Below, piece after piece: positions 9,535 through 18,858 of a stretch of DNA of 64,000 nucleotides. Under the pieces are notes generated by a model. The model saw only the letters and a list, made by a program, of their open reading frames with translations, made no database searches and was not told the origin of the DNA. Position 1 is the stretch's first letter; each line of letters opens with the position of its first letter. Source of the DNA: Gemmatimonadota bacterium (GTDB taxonomy: Bacteria > Gemmatimonadota > Gemmatimonadetes > Palauibacterales > KS3-K002); NCBI GenBank assembly GCA_039586575.1, contig JBDHKD010000005.1, forward strand, positions 6,062 through 70,061. The letters run 5' to 3'. The translations under genes were made by a program, and so were the position numbers.

Positions 9535-9867
9535 CTAGTCCAACACTACGTCCAGGTCCGCAACCAACTCCGGACGGTGACGCGCGATCCACGAATGCAA
9601 CGCCCGAACCTGATTCATCGACAGCTTCTGCAGCACCTGCAACGGTAGACCCGGAATGATCGCCGCCAGCGATCGCCGCATCAGATAGTCCCGCTGCTTA
9701 CGCCGCAACGCCGACGACATCGCCGGCCCGCTCGGCGTGTCCGGTATCGGCTCCAGCAGCGTCCGGAAACTGTGGACCTGTCGATCGGAGAACTCCTCGG
9801 GGATCTGGTGACGACGGTTACCGACGAGGAAGGAACCGTCAGAGGCGACCATCAACGATCTAGCCAT
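9535..9867 (-). CDS. Hypothetical protein (110 aa)
   Basis: Single ORF with good codon usage and an upstream AT-containing regulatory region; no recognisable motifs. Confidence 0.5.
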   Translation of the reverse strand: MARSLMVASDGSFLVGNRRHQIPEEFSDRQVHSFRTLLEPIPDTPSGPAMSSALRRKQRDYLMRRSLAAIIPGLPLQVLQKLSMNQVRALHSWIARHRPELVADLDVVLD

Positions 9868-9925
9868 CCGCCTTCCTTGTGCTCACATGTGTCGAAGAGA
9901 CTCGTACCCGCCCCCGCAAAGGGCA

Positions 9926-9967
9926 GGTAGATTACAGTTTTTGTGGGTGCAACTGTAGAAATCTACC
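9926..9967. promoter_or_regulatory. Imperfect palindrome GGTAGATTACAG-N18-CTGTAGAAATCTACC, a candidate operator or hairpin upstream of the 9535-9867 gene
   Basis: Read directly from the sequence. It lies in a 140-bp intergenic region of unusually low GC for this genome. Confidence 0.35.
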
Positions 9968-10007
9968 AAAGAGCCACCAGACTGGCAACAAACTGGAAGG
10001 CCAGCAA

Positions 10008-10427
10008 CTAAGCGAGTTCTGACCGGGGGCGGGCGTCGGGGGCCTGCATGACGTACAGCGGCACACTTTTCATGTGGCGCTCGTCCACCAAGATCTCGAA
10101 GGAGTAGTCGCCGGGCTTGTGGAAGGTGATGCCGCTGAGGCCCATGATGACGTGGGGCTTGACGGGGCGGCCGGGTTCGCCGCCCGGGACCTTGAGGGGG
10201 CCTCCGGCCTTGAAGAGCTGGCCGCCATCGGCGTCCATCAGGCGGACAACGAGCTGGTGGAGGCCCTGGTCGGTGAAGTCGGCGCGGACGCGGAGCACGA
10301 AGACCATGGAGGCGTGGCGGAAGGGGAAGTCCCGAGCCCAGATGGTGTCAAAGACACCGAGGATGTTGAGCTTGCCCTCCTGGCTGACGTTGGCGGCGTC
10401 GGCGACGACGGCGAGGTCCACTTCCAT
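10008..10427 (-). CDS. Hypothetical protein (139 aa), predicted all-beta; co-transcribed downstream of the giant regulator (8-bp gap)
   Basis: ORF with good codon bias; no known motif recognised (…KLNILGVFDTIWARDFPFRH…GDYSFEILVDERHMKSVPLYV…). Confidence 0.55.
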   Translation of the reverse strand: MEVDLAVVADAANVSQEGKLNILGVFDTIWARDFPFRHASMVFVLRVRADFTDQGLHQLVVRLMDADGGQLFKAGGPLKVPGGEPGRPVKPHVIMGLSGITFHKPGDYSFEILVDERHMKSVPLYVMQAPDARPRSELA

Positions 10428-10435
10428 GCGGCTGG

Positions 10436-13400
10436 CTACTCTTGGAGTGACGCGACGAGCGAGTCGACGTTGGGCAGCGAGCCGCGATAGCCGAGGTAGC
10501 GGGCGAGACGCCGGAGCTCTGGCCAGTCGTAGGGATCGATGGTGTAGGCCACCTGAAGGTTCCCTTCACCACCGCCGCGGACGCCGATCATGCGCTGCAT
10601 GAGCGCTTGGCTGCGGAGCGCGCCGGCATCATCTCGGTACTTGTAGAACAGGTCATCGTAAGTGAGGGCGGCCTCGGACAACCGGTCGTCCCAGGCATGC
10701 CGGTCACCCAGCAGACGCAGGCGCTCGCGCTCTGTGAGGCGCTCGGCGAAGCGCCAGGCGTTCTCGAGGGCGCTGCGAGCGGACCGACGCTGGCCGTTCA
10801 TAGCATGGGCCTCGGCGAGCAGGCGGTGAGCCATGGCAAAGGTGGAGTCGATGGAAGCGGCGCGACGGGCCGCGGTGACCGCCTCGGTGTAGCGCCCGGC
10901 GAGGTAATGGATGCGCGCCTCTGCATAAGCGGTGAGGGCATCGTCCGAGGTGGACAGCACCTGGGTCGGGGGCAGGGTCGCTGCGATGTCGTCACCGGGC
11001 TCACCGAGGCGGCGACGCACCGCGCGTGTCAGGCCGGAGAGCGTCTCCAGCGTATTGGCCTCACCCGACACGGCGGCGGCAACGCCGTACAGCGTGTCGC
11101 CGACAGCATTGAACACCTGGAGTCGGACGCTGTCGACACCTTCGTGGAGGGTGACCCGGCCGGCGACCACGGCGGCGTATCCGTTGGCGGCGGCCAAGGC
11201 GAGGGCCTCTTCCATGGGCAGCGTCTCCAGCCTCCTGCCGAGTTCGCGCCGCAGCGCCACGAGCGCCCGCTCGTGCGGCACGACGTAGAAGAACCGGGCC
11301 TGGCGGAGATCGGCCTCCAACGCCAGCGACAACGCCTGGGCCGGCACGCCGTCGCTGGCCGCGCTCCGGCTCTCGCCCTCGGGGCCTTCGACTCGTACGT
11401 CGGCCACCAGCAACCACTCGCCGGACTCTTCGAGCAGCGGTCCGGAGAACATCCCGGCGATCCTCGAGACGCCGGTCTCGACAAAAGATGGCGTGCGGAT
11501 CGTCACACGGGGCAGCGAGACCCGAGGCAGCGAAGGCGTCTGCACATCGGGCAGCCGCGACGGCAGATCCTCCGTCAGCCCACGCACCATACCGATGGCG
11601 CGCGGGCCGTACACCACCGCGAGCCCGACGACGGCGAGGCCGACGGGAGCCCACCAGAAGCGCCGCAACGCGGGTCCGATGGACGGCGCTCGGCGACGAA
11701 CCCGCTTCTTACGAGGTGGCGTGACCTCAACCAGCGGGACCTCGGCGGCCGCCGCCGCGTAATCGACGGCAGGTGCTTCTTCTACCGGCGGCTCCACGAA
11801 GACCGGCGATTCGACGGGGGAGGTCGCGGGCCTGGGCGCGGGCTTGCGAGTCGGCGGCGGCCGAGCGGGCTCCTCCCAGGGCGGCGAAGCCGGCTCGAGC
11901 GGCTCGGCCTTGCCCTTTCTCTTGGCTTGCTTGGCCTCCTTGGCCCTCTCGGCTCTCTTGGCTTTCTCGCTCTGCCGGGCTGCCTTGGCTGCCGCCTTCC
12001 GGGCTCGTGTGTCGGCCTTCGCCTGCGTCTTGGCGCGTGCCTTGTCGGCACGCGACACGGCCGCCCGCTTCTTGGCCGCTCTGGCCGACCCGACCGCCGA
12101 GCGACTGCGGCCTGCCAGAGCCTTGAGCCCGCGACCTGCCAGCTGCAGGCCGATCACGGTCGCGCCGGCCAGCAGCTTGACCGCGGCGACGACCGCCTGC
12201 AGCACCGCGGTGCGCACCGGCTCCAGGTCGCTCCACCACTGCCGGAGCTGGGGTCCCCACGGCTTGCGCACCGAAGTGACCTCGTGGCGGACCCCGGTCG
12301 GGCCGACGTCGGAGTAGGCGGCCGCCGCTTTCCGCGCCTCCTTCAGCCACTCGTCGTCCTTGAGGGAGCGCTTGCGCTTCGGGGTGGTCGTCGGCCCCGG
12401 CTTGTCGGCGAGAACCGATCCGGCGGCCGGGCCGCCCGGTTTGGGCGGCGGCGGACCCGGCTTCGACGCAGGCGTTATGTCGAATTCGTCGGTCGAGGCG
12501 ATATCGACGATTTCTTTCCACGCCTCTTCCCGCTTCCCCGGTGTGTCGGGCACCGTCTTGTCCATCGGCACAGCCGAACCGGCCTGGAAACCGTCGATGG
12601 TCCCGGCGCTCGGCTTCGCCGGCTCGATGGGTGTCGGCTCTATATCGAAATCGGGAACGCTGGGGTCCGCCGGTGGTGGTGGCGGCGGTGGTGATGCGAC
12701 CCGGCGCTTGACCCCCGGCGGTAGTGGCGGCGGCTTGATCTTACCGTCGGCGATATCGCGCAGCACCTTGTGCTTCGCGACCATCTCCTTCACGAGGTCC
12801 GCCGGTTGTCCGATCCCCGACTCCTTGAGCCGCTCGATATAGTCGGCGTAGGCGCGGGCGGCATCATCGTTTTGTCCCGAATCGGCGAGCGCCCCCAGTA
12901 GGCCTGCCACCGCCTCCGGCCGCATCGGTGCTCGCGCCACCAGTACGCGCCACCAGTCCGCAGCCGACTCCCATCTTCGGCGGCGTTCCGCATCGTGAGC
13001 TGCGGCGAGCATGGCGTGGCTCCAGGCGCGCTTCAAGCGGCCGCGCTCCTTCGCCGCCCACTCGTCGAACGCTGGCGCTCCCGACTGGAATCCCTCCAAG
13101 AACTCGCCGTTGTAGAGCTCGGCCACCTGACGCGCGTGGCCGCCATCGATGGCGGTATCGACTTCCCGCGTGTCTATAGTGACGCCGCCAAACGCCTCGA
13201 TCGTTTCGGCGGTCAGCCGGACGTTGGTCCCAGGAACGTTCTCGCGCAGCCAAGTAACGGCCCGCGTCAGCGCCTCCATCTCCTTTCCATCATCCTGGCC
13301 CCGGCCCAAGAGCTCGATGACCTCGGACGGATGCATCGGGCGACGTTCGTGGAAGAGATAGATCAGGAGGGCGAGGTGTTTCGGCCCCAGCTTCGACGTC

Positions 13401-13612
13401 TCGTCAACGCCCTGGCGCACGAGCTGCACGCCACCCAGCGTGATCAGCTCGGTGGCCTTACCGCCGCCCGCGCGCGCCTTGCCGCCGCGACCGGCTTCAG
13501 ACGGTCCGCGCCCGGGGCTGTTCATGGCCGATGGTGCACAATTCTGCCTGTCTGCGGGGGAAGTCCGTGGACCCGGGGTGGCACCCCCCGTGGGGGCTCG
13601 GAAGTCCCCCAA
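10436..13612 (-). CDS. Membrane-anchored transcriptional regulator: N-terminal wHTH + BTAD (SARP-like) module, long K/A/P-rich charged linker, single TM helix, periplasmic TolB-N-like/TPR domain
   Basis: 1058 aa. N-terminus LITLGGVQLVRQG…LGPKHLALLIYLFHERRPMHPSEVIELL…AELYNGEFLEGF…FDEWAAKERGRL matches the SARP/BTAD pattern. Residues ~300-600 are low-complexity (PPPPPPP, AKKRAAVSRADKARAKTQAKAD…). TM segment FWWAPVGLAVVGLAVVYG. C-terminal helical repeats (…YLAGRYTEAVTAARRAASIDSTFAMAHRLLAEAHAMNG…). Start may be the internal Met at 13525. Confidence 0.75.
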   Translation of the reverse strand: MGDFRAPTGGATPGPRTSPADRQNCAPSAMNSPGRGPSEAGRGGKARAGGGKATELITLGGVQLVRQGVDETSKLGPKHLALLIYLFHERRPMHPSEVIELLGRGQDDGKEMEALTRAVTWLRENVPGTNVRLTAETIEAFGGVTIDTREVDTAIDGGHARQVAELYNGEFLEGFQSGAPAFDEWAAKERGRLKRAWSHAMLAAAHDAERRRRWESAADWWRVLVARAPMRPEAVAGLLGALADSGQNDDAARAYADYIERLKESGIGQPADLVKEMVAKHKVLRDIADGKIKPPPLPPGVKRRVASPPPPPPPADPSVPDFDIEPTPIEPAKPSAGTIDGFQAGSAVPMDKTVPDTPGKREEAWKEIVDIASTDEFDITPASKPGPPPPKPGGPAAGSVLADKPGPTTTPKRKRSLKDDEWLKEARKAAAAYSDVGPTGVRHEVTSVRKPWGPQLRQWWSDLEPVRTAVLQAVVAAVKLLAGATVIGLQLAGRGLKALAGRSRSAVGSARAAKKRAAVSRADKARAKTQAKADTRARKAAAKAARQSEKAKRAERAKEAKQAKRKGKAEPLEPASPPWEEPARPPPTRKPAPRPATSPVESPVFVEPPVEEAPAVDYAAAAAEVPLVEVTPPRKKRVRRRAPSIGPALRRFWWAPVGLAVVGLAVVYGPRAIGMVRGLTEDLPSRLPDVQTPSLPRVSLPRVTIRTPSFVETGVSRIAGMFSGPLLEESGEWLLVADVRVEGPEGESRSAASDGVPAQALSLALEADLRQARFFYVVPHERALVALRRELGRRLETLPMEEALALAAANGYAAVVAGRVTLHEGVDSVRLQVFNAVGDTLYGVAAAVSGEANTLETLSGLTRAVRRRLGEPGDDIAATLPPTQVLSTSDDALTAYAEARIHYLAGRYTEAVTAARRAASIDSTFAMAHRLLAEAHAMNGQRRSARSALENAWRFAERLTERERLRLLGDRHAWDDRLSEAALTYDDLFYKYRDDAGALRSQALMQRMIGVRGGGEGNLQVAYTIDPYDWPELRRLARYLGYRGSLPNVDSLVASLQE

Positions 13613-13845
13613 GTATAAGCAATCAAACCCGTTCTCGCTATCGTGCGGACCGCCCCGGCGCCGACTTCGGCCGCACCCGGGCTCCCGACCGGTCTCCCGG
13701 AACTTGAAGCCAGGCGCGCGGTTCCGCCGCCCTCTTGGAGAAGCGTCAAGACTTTCTTACCATAACCTGGTGCGTCTGTTCCGGTTAGAGCGCAGCGGCC
13801 CGGTGCCGCGCCCCGACTCTACACACATAAGCCAGCCGAGACATC

Positions 13846-14409
13846 ATGCAAACCCTGACACGCGAGCGATTCGAGAGCGGCTTGACCTACGCCGAGTACT
13901 GTCAGTCAGTCGAGAAACACCAGGGTCTGTGGAACGGCGTCTACGAGCAAACCACGATCCCCGAGGATGCCGCGTCGCGCTTGCATGAGTTGCCCGGCCG
14001 ACGCCTGGTCGCCGTGCTGGCCGAGGACTGGTGCGGCGACGCGGCGTCGCTCGTTCCCATCCTGGCGAAGCTGGCCGACTCCGCGCCTGAGATGGTCAAG
14101 CTCCGCGTGCTCGAGCGCGACGAGAACCACGACATCATGGACCGCTATCTGAGCCATGGAGGCCGCTCGATCCCCATCGCGATCGTGATGGACGAGCAAT
14201 TGAATCTACTCGGCTGGTGGGGTCCGCGACCGGCGCCCGCTCAGGCGATCTTCAGGCAGAAGATCAGGGAGTTTCGGGCCGGCAGGCTCAAAGACAAGAA
14301 GGAAGAGGTGAACAAGCCGGTACTGCGCTGGTACCGTAAGGACCGCGGACGCCACACGATCGACGAGTTTCTGATGGTGCTGGAGCGAGGTGGCGAGCTG
14401 CGCGCTTAG
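13846..14409 (+). CDS. Thioredoxin-family protein
   Basis: 187 aa; LAEDWCGDAASLVPILAKLA thioredoxin-fold motif with a single Cys. Confidence 0.7.
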   Translation: MQTLTRERFESGLTYAEYCQSVEKHQGLWNGVYEQTTIPEDAASRLHELPGRRLVAVLAEDWCGDAASLVPILAKLADSAPEMVKLRVLERDENHDIMDRYLSHGGRSIPIAIVMDEQLNLLGWWGPRPAPAQAIFRQKIREFRAGRLKDKKEEVNKPVLRWYRKDRGRHTIDEFLMVLERGGELRA

Positions 14410-14439
14410 CGGGAAGGCACGGCGCTGGGCCGCGAGCGT

Positions 14440-15567
14440 TCAACGCACCGCCGCCTCCGCGTCCGCCAAGACGCGGAGTATGTTGCCACCCAAGATCTTC
14501 TCCACTTCCGCATCGCCGTAACCGCGGCGTAGCAGCTCCTCGGTGATCGCCGGGTACTTCGAGACATCTTCCAGACCCTCGGGCGTCAGCGGCACACCGT
14601 CGAAGTCGGAACCGAGCCCGACGTGATCCGCCCCCACCGTCCGAACGATATGGTCGATGTGATCGACCAGGTGGGCCACGGTCCCGCGCGGTATCGGACT
14701 GCTCGCCCACCACTCCTTCCAAGCTCGCTCCACCGCAGCGTCGTCGTCCCCGAACTTGGCGCGCAGCTCGTGCTCCAGCTGGAACATGTTGCGGACGACG
14801 GGTGCCGCCTCCGGCACGACGAAGCCCGAGAAGAAGTTCACCATCACCATGCCGCCGCCCGCCGCGATCTCTCGCAGTGTCCCGTCCGCTATGTTCCGAG
14901 CATGATCGTTGACAGCGCGCGCCCCACTGTGCGAAGCGATAATCGGCGCCCGGCTCACACGCAGCACATGCATCATCGCCGCGTCAGACACGTGCGAGAT
15001 GTCGACCAGCATGCCCTGCCGGTTCATCTCGCGCACCACCTCTTCGCCGAACCCGCTCAGTCCCCCGTGCCGGGGCTCATCGGTCGCCGAGTCCGCCCAG
15101 GCGTTGGTGGTGGAGTGCGTCAGGGTCATGTAGCGCACGCCCAGCTCGCGGAACCTGCGCAGCGTGTCGAGTGAGTTCTCGATCGCGTGCCCGCCCTCGA
15201 CCGCCATCAGGATGGCGACCTTCCCCGTTCCGGCGATCCGACGGACATCCGCCGCCGTGACGGCCAGCTCCAGCTCCGCGTAGGTCCTTATCGCCTGTTG
15301 GATAACGTCGATCAGCTCGAGGGCGACGCGATCGGCACCACGACCTTCATACGATGAGGGCACGTAGGCGGCCAGGAACTGGGCATCGATTCCGCCCTCA
15401 CGCAACCGGGGGATGTCGGTGTGGCCGCTCTCCTGGCGCGTCGCGAGATCGAATCGCCCGAGGTCGGAATCGAACTCGGCGCGCAGCCGCCACGGGAGGT
15501 CGTTGTGGCCGTCGATCACCAGCGCCCGTTCGTGCAGCGCCGCTGCTCTCTCGCTGATTGTCGGCAC
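14440..15567 (-). CDS. Membrane dipeptidase (peptidase family M19)
   Basis: 375 aa; LVIDGHNDLPW…MTLTHSTTNAWADS…VDISHVSD…SHSGARAV…LGSDFDG motifs diagnostic of renal-type dipeptidase. Confidence 0.9.
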   Translation of the reverse strand: MPTISERAAALHERALVIDGHNDLPWRLRAEFDSDLGRFDLATRQESGHTDIPRLREGGIDAQFLAAYVPSSYEGRGADRVALELIDVIQQAIRTYAELELAVTAADVRRIAGTGKVAILMAVEGGHAIENSLDTLRRFRELGVRYMTLTHSTTNAWADSATDEPRHGGLSGFGEEVVREMNRQGMLVDISHVSDAAMMHVLRVSRAPIIASHSGARAVNDHARNIADGTLREIAAGGGMVMVNFFSGFVVPEAAPVVRNMFQLEHELRAKFGDDDAAVERAWKEWWASSPIPRGTVAHLVDHIDHIVRTVGADHVGLGSDFDGVPLTPEGLEDVSKYPAITEELLRRGYGDAEVEKILGGNILRVLADAEAAVR

Positions 15568-16895
15568 TACTCTCCGATCGCCTTTCTAATCAGCTCATCC
15601 AATTCCTCCGGCTCAGCCGGTGCGAGGTCGTAGGTGACGCGCACCGTCGGCTTGTCGATATCGATGAGTCGGGCCAGATCGATGGGTGTGCCGATGACGA
15701 CGACTTCGGCGTCCGAGTTGCGGATCGTCTCCGCCAGTTCGTCGATCTGCTCGTCGCTATAGCCCATCGCCGGCAGCACGGGTCCGGTGGCCGAGTACTT
15801 CTCGAACGTCTCGACGATCGAGCCGACGGCGAAGGGCCGCGGGTCGACCAGCTCCTTGGCGCCGTGCGCCTGTGCAGCGAGGCTCGCCGCGCCTAGCCGC
15901 AACTCGCCGTGCGTGAGGCTCGGCCCGTCTTCAACCGCCAGCACCCGCTTCCCCTTCAGAGCCTCGGGGTCCGCCACGCTCAGCGGCGAGCGTGCGGCGA
16001 AGACGCGCGCTCTCGGGTTGGCCATCGCGATGTTGCGGCGCACGGTCTCGACGTCCTCGGCGGAGGCCGACCCGACTTTGTTGATGATGACCGCATCCGC
16101 CATGCGCAGGTTGGCCTCGCCCGGGTGATAATTCAACTCGTGCCCGGGCCGAAACGGATCGGCGACGACGATGTGCAGGTTCGGGCGATAGAACGGCAAG
16201 TCATTGTTGCCGCCGTCCCAGAGAACGACATCTCCATCGTTTTCCGCCGCGCGCAGGATGGCCTCGTAGTCTACACCGGCGTAGACGATCGTACCGCTCT
16301 TCAGGTGCGACTCATACTCCTCGCGCTCCTCGATGGTCGCATCGTGGCGCTCCAGGTCGGCGTACGTTTCGTACCGCTGCACGCGCTGCTTCGCCAGATC
16401 ACCGTACGGCATCGGGTGACGAACCACGACCGGCTTGCGACCCAGCCGGCGCAGCCGCTCGACCACGTAACGCGTCGTCTGGCTCTTGCCGGCGCCGGTC
16501 CGCACGGCGCAGACGGCGATCACCGGGTGCTTCGAATCCAGTTGCGTCTGCCGCGGCCCGAGCAGCATGAAACCGGCTCCCGCGGCGAGGCAGCGGCTGG
16601 CCAGGTGCATGACATGCTGGTGCGATACGTCGGAGTACGAGAAGGTGCAGAAATCGACGGACTCATCTCTGACTATCTCTTCCAACTCTTCTTCCGACAG
16701 GATCGGCACGCCGTCAGGGTAGTCGGCGCCGGCGATGGCCGCCGGGTAGAGCCGATCCTCGATGTTCGGTATCTGGGTCGCCGTGAAGGCGACGACCTTA
16801 TAGTCGGGGTTGCCCCGGAAATAGGTGTTGAAATCATGGAAATCGCGCCCGGCGGCGCCCAGGATGATGACTCGTGGTCGTCCTTTGTCTGGCAT
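15567..16895 (-). CDS. P-loop NTPase, cyclic 2,3-diphosphoglycerate synthetase-like (CPGS family) protein
   Basis: 442 aa; Walker A AVRTGAGKSQTT; overall size and layout resemble archaeal/bacterial CPGS-family proteins. The family assignment is from memory only. Confidence 0.55.
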   Translation of the reverse strand: MPDKGRPRVIILGAAGRDFHDFNTYFRGNPDYKVVAFTATQIPNIEDRLYPAAIAGADYPDGVPILSEEELEEIVRDESVDFCTFSYSDVSHQHVMHLASRCLAAGAGFMLLGPRQTQLDSKHPVIAVCAVRTGAGKSQTTRYVVERLRRLGRKPVVVRHPMPYGDLAKQRVQRYETYADLERHDATIEEREEYESHLKSGTIVYAGVDYEAILRAAENDGDVVLWDGGNNDLPFYRPNLHIVVADPFRPGHELNYHPGEANLRMADAVIINKVGSASAEDVETVRRNIAMANPRARVFAARSPLSVADPEALKGKRVLAVEDGPSLTHGELRLGAASLAAQAHGAKELVDPRPFAVGSIVETFEKYSATGPVLPAMGYSDEQIDELAETIRNSDAEVVVIGTPIDLARLIDIDKPTVRVTYDLAPAEPEELDELIRKAIGE

Positions 16896-16952
16896 AACTC
16901 CTCTTTCGCGGTTTGTCTGCCCTGCCGGGCAGGATGTGATCTTTGCTGACCG

Positions 16953-17618
16953 CTAGACTCCCAGCCATTCCGCCAACTCTGCCAAGTCGGCGACTACCCG
17001 CACCGGCTTCAACCCCTCCGCCAGCTCCTCCCCCTTCCGGTTCACCCACACGGCGTCGATGCCCAGTTCACTCGCCGGGCGGATGTCGTGAAACTGACTC
17101 TGCGCGGCATGTAGGAGGCGCTCGCGATCTCCATCCACTCGCCCGAGCGCCGAGTGGAAGTGCGCGTGCCCCGGTTTGTAGCTCCGGACCTCTTGGGCGG
17201 TGACGGTCCAGTCGAATGCGACGCCGATCCGAGCGATCGTCGCCTGCAACAGGTCGTCGTCGATGTTCGAGAGGATCGCCACCTTGAAGCGCGACTTCAG
17301 CCGCTCGAGCGCCGGGCGTGTATCAGCGAAGAGCGGCCAATCGGGCAACGCTTCGACGAGAAAGCCGGTCTGCTCCCGAGTCAGCGGCCAACCGAGTCGC
17401 TCGGCCACCCCGCGCTCGACGGCGGCGAGCACTTCTCGGTAGGAACGGTAGGTGGCCGACTGCACCTGCGGCTCCACCTCGTGGTAGGCGGCGATCATAT
17501 CGGCCGGCTCGAGCGTCACGCCGGCGCCGCTCGCCGCTCCCCCGAATGCCCCGGCGATCCCAGCCTCCCAGTCGACCAGCGTCCCATAGCAATCGAAGCT
17601 CAGCGTGTCCCAGCTCAT
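16953..17618 (-). CDS. HAD-superfamily hydrolase (haloacid dehalogenase type II-like)
   Basis: Start moved to MSWDTLSFDCYGTLVDW (HAD motif I DxYGT; ATG at 17616-17618). Motifs …AILSNID… and …SYKPGHAHF… present. Confidence 0.8.
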   Translation of the reverse strand: MSWDTLSFDCYGTLVDWEAGIAGAFGGAASGAGVTLEPADMIAAYHEVEPQVQSATYRSYREVLAAVERGVAERLGWPLTREQTGFLVEALPDWPLFADTRPALERLKSRFKVAILSNIDDDLLQATIARIGVAFDWTVTAQEVRSYKPGHAHFHSALGRVDGDRERLLHAAQSQFHDIRPASELGIDAVWVNRKGEELAEGLKPVRVVADLAELAEWLGV

Positions 17619-17631
17619 CGGATCCCGGTGA

Positions 17632-18837
17632 CTAGGCCCCGAACTTAGCGAGGCGCTCGGCATGCGCGAGCGCTAACGGCATCAAGTCCTCCGATCGGCA
17701 CAATCCGCCCTCGCCGGTCCGGCACCAGCGCTCGCCGAACTTCTCTGCCGCATCGCGTCGGCAGAGGGGCGACCACAGCAAGAAGGGCACCGGGTGCCAG
17801 CTGTGGCTTCTGAGGGCGGCCGGAGTGGAGTGGTCGCCGGTGACGAGGATGACGTCGGGAACCAGGCCAGCGACACGGGGCACATACCCGTCGATCATTT
17901 CGATCACCGCGACCTTCTTGTCGAAATCGCCGTCCTCACCGGCCTTGTCGGTCTCCTTCACGTGGACGAAGGCGAAGTCGTAGTTGAGCCAGACGCGCTC
18001 GAGCGCAGCGAAAAGGTCGTCGCGCTGGGGACCGACCTCGACCGCATCCATGCCGAGGAGCTTCGCCACGCCCCGGTACATGGGATACTGCGCTAGCGCC
18101 ACCGAGCGCAGGCCGAAGACCTCCGGGAAGAGCGGCCAATCAGGCTTCCGGGCGAAGCCACGCAACGTCACCATGTTTGCCGGCTCTTCGCCAGCCAGTC
18201 GCTTGCGCGCCTCTTCCACGAACCGGCGAACCAGCGCGGCGGTCGGCTCGGCCTGCGGTGCGCTGGCGGTGGCGTCGAGCGGCGGCACGCCGGTATGGCC
18301 GGGATCGGTGTCCGTCACACCTTCGGTCAGCCCCTCGCCACGCAGAACCAGCAGGAAGCGGTGCTCGCGGACCGGCTCGACGAAAAGCTCCACACCTGGC
18401 AGCTCGATCTCGCCGAGCTCGGCGCAGAGCTCGGCACAGCGCTCGGTGGGGATGCGGCCGGCGCGCCGGTCCGTGATGCTCCCGGCGGCATCCACCGTGC
18501 AGAAGTTGCCTCGCGCGGCCAGGTCGTTCGGCCCCAACTCGAAGTCGATGCCCAGCGCCTCGAGCACGCCGCGCCCGATCTGGTAGCGCAGTGAGTCATA
18601 GCCGAACAGCCCGATGTGCCCCGGCCCGCTGCCCGGCGTGATCCCCGGGCCCACCGGTTGATGCAGCCCGACGATGCCCTCGGCGGCCAGTCGATCGAGA
18701 TTCGGCGTGTCGGCCGCTTCCAGCTCGGTCGGTCCACCGGGCTCGATCGGCAGGCCGCCCAGCCCGTCGAGGACGAGCAGCAGGATCTTGGTCTCAGCAG
18801 GCGTCAGTAATCCGTGTATCAGTTCCAAGTCTGCCAT
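17632..18837 (-). CDS. apgM: 2,3-bisphosphoglycerate-independent phosphoglycerate mutase, archaeal type
   Basis: 401 aa; LLVLDGLGG…HIGLFGYD…VTGDHSTP…typical of cofactor-independent ApgM-type PGAM. Confidence 0.88.
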   Translation of the reverse strand: MADLELIHGLLTPAETKILLLVLDGLGGLPIEPGGPTELEAADTPNLDRLAAEGIVGLHQPVGPGITPGSGPGHIGLFGYDSLRYQIGRGVLEALGIDFELGPNDLAARGNFCTVDAAGSITDRRAGRIPTERCAELCAELGEIELPGVELFVEPVREHRFLLVLRGEGLTEGVTDTDPGHTGVPPLDATASAPQAEPTAALVRRFVEEARKRLAGEEPANMVTLRGFARKPDWPLFPEVFGLRSVALAQYPMYRGVAKLLGMDAVEVGPQRDDLFAALERVWLNYDFAFVHVKETDKAGEDGDFDKKVAVIEMIDGYVPRVAGLVPDVILVTGDHSTPAALRSHSWHPVPFLLWSPLCRRDAAEKFGERWCRTGEGGLCRSEDLMPLALAHAERLAKFGA

Positions 18838-18858
18838 CGGTCTCGACCCTTCGATTGT

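Noticed and set aside
10607-12694. 695-aa plus-strand ORF
   Set aside because: Antisense to the 1058-aa regulator gene, whose domains are recognisable. Low-complexity Arg/Gly composition.
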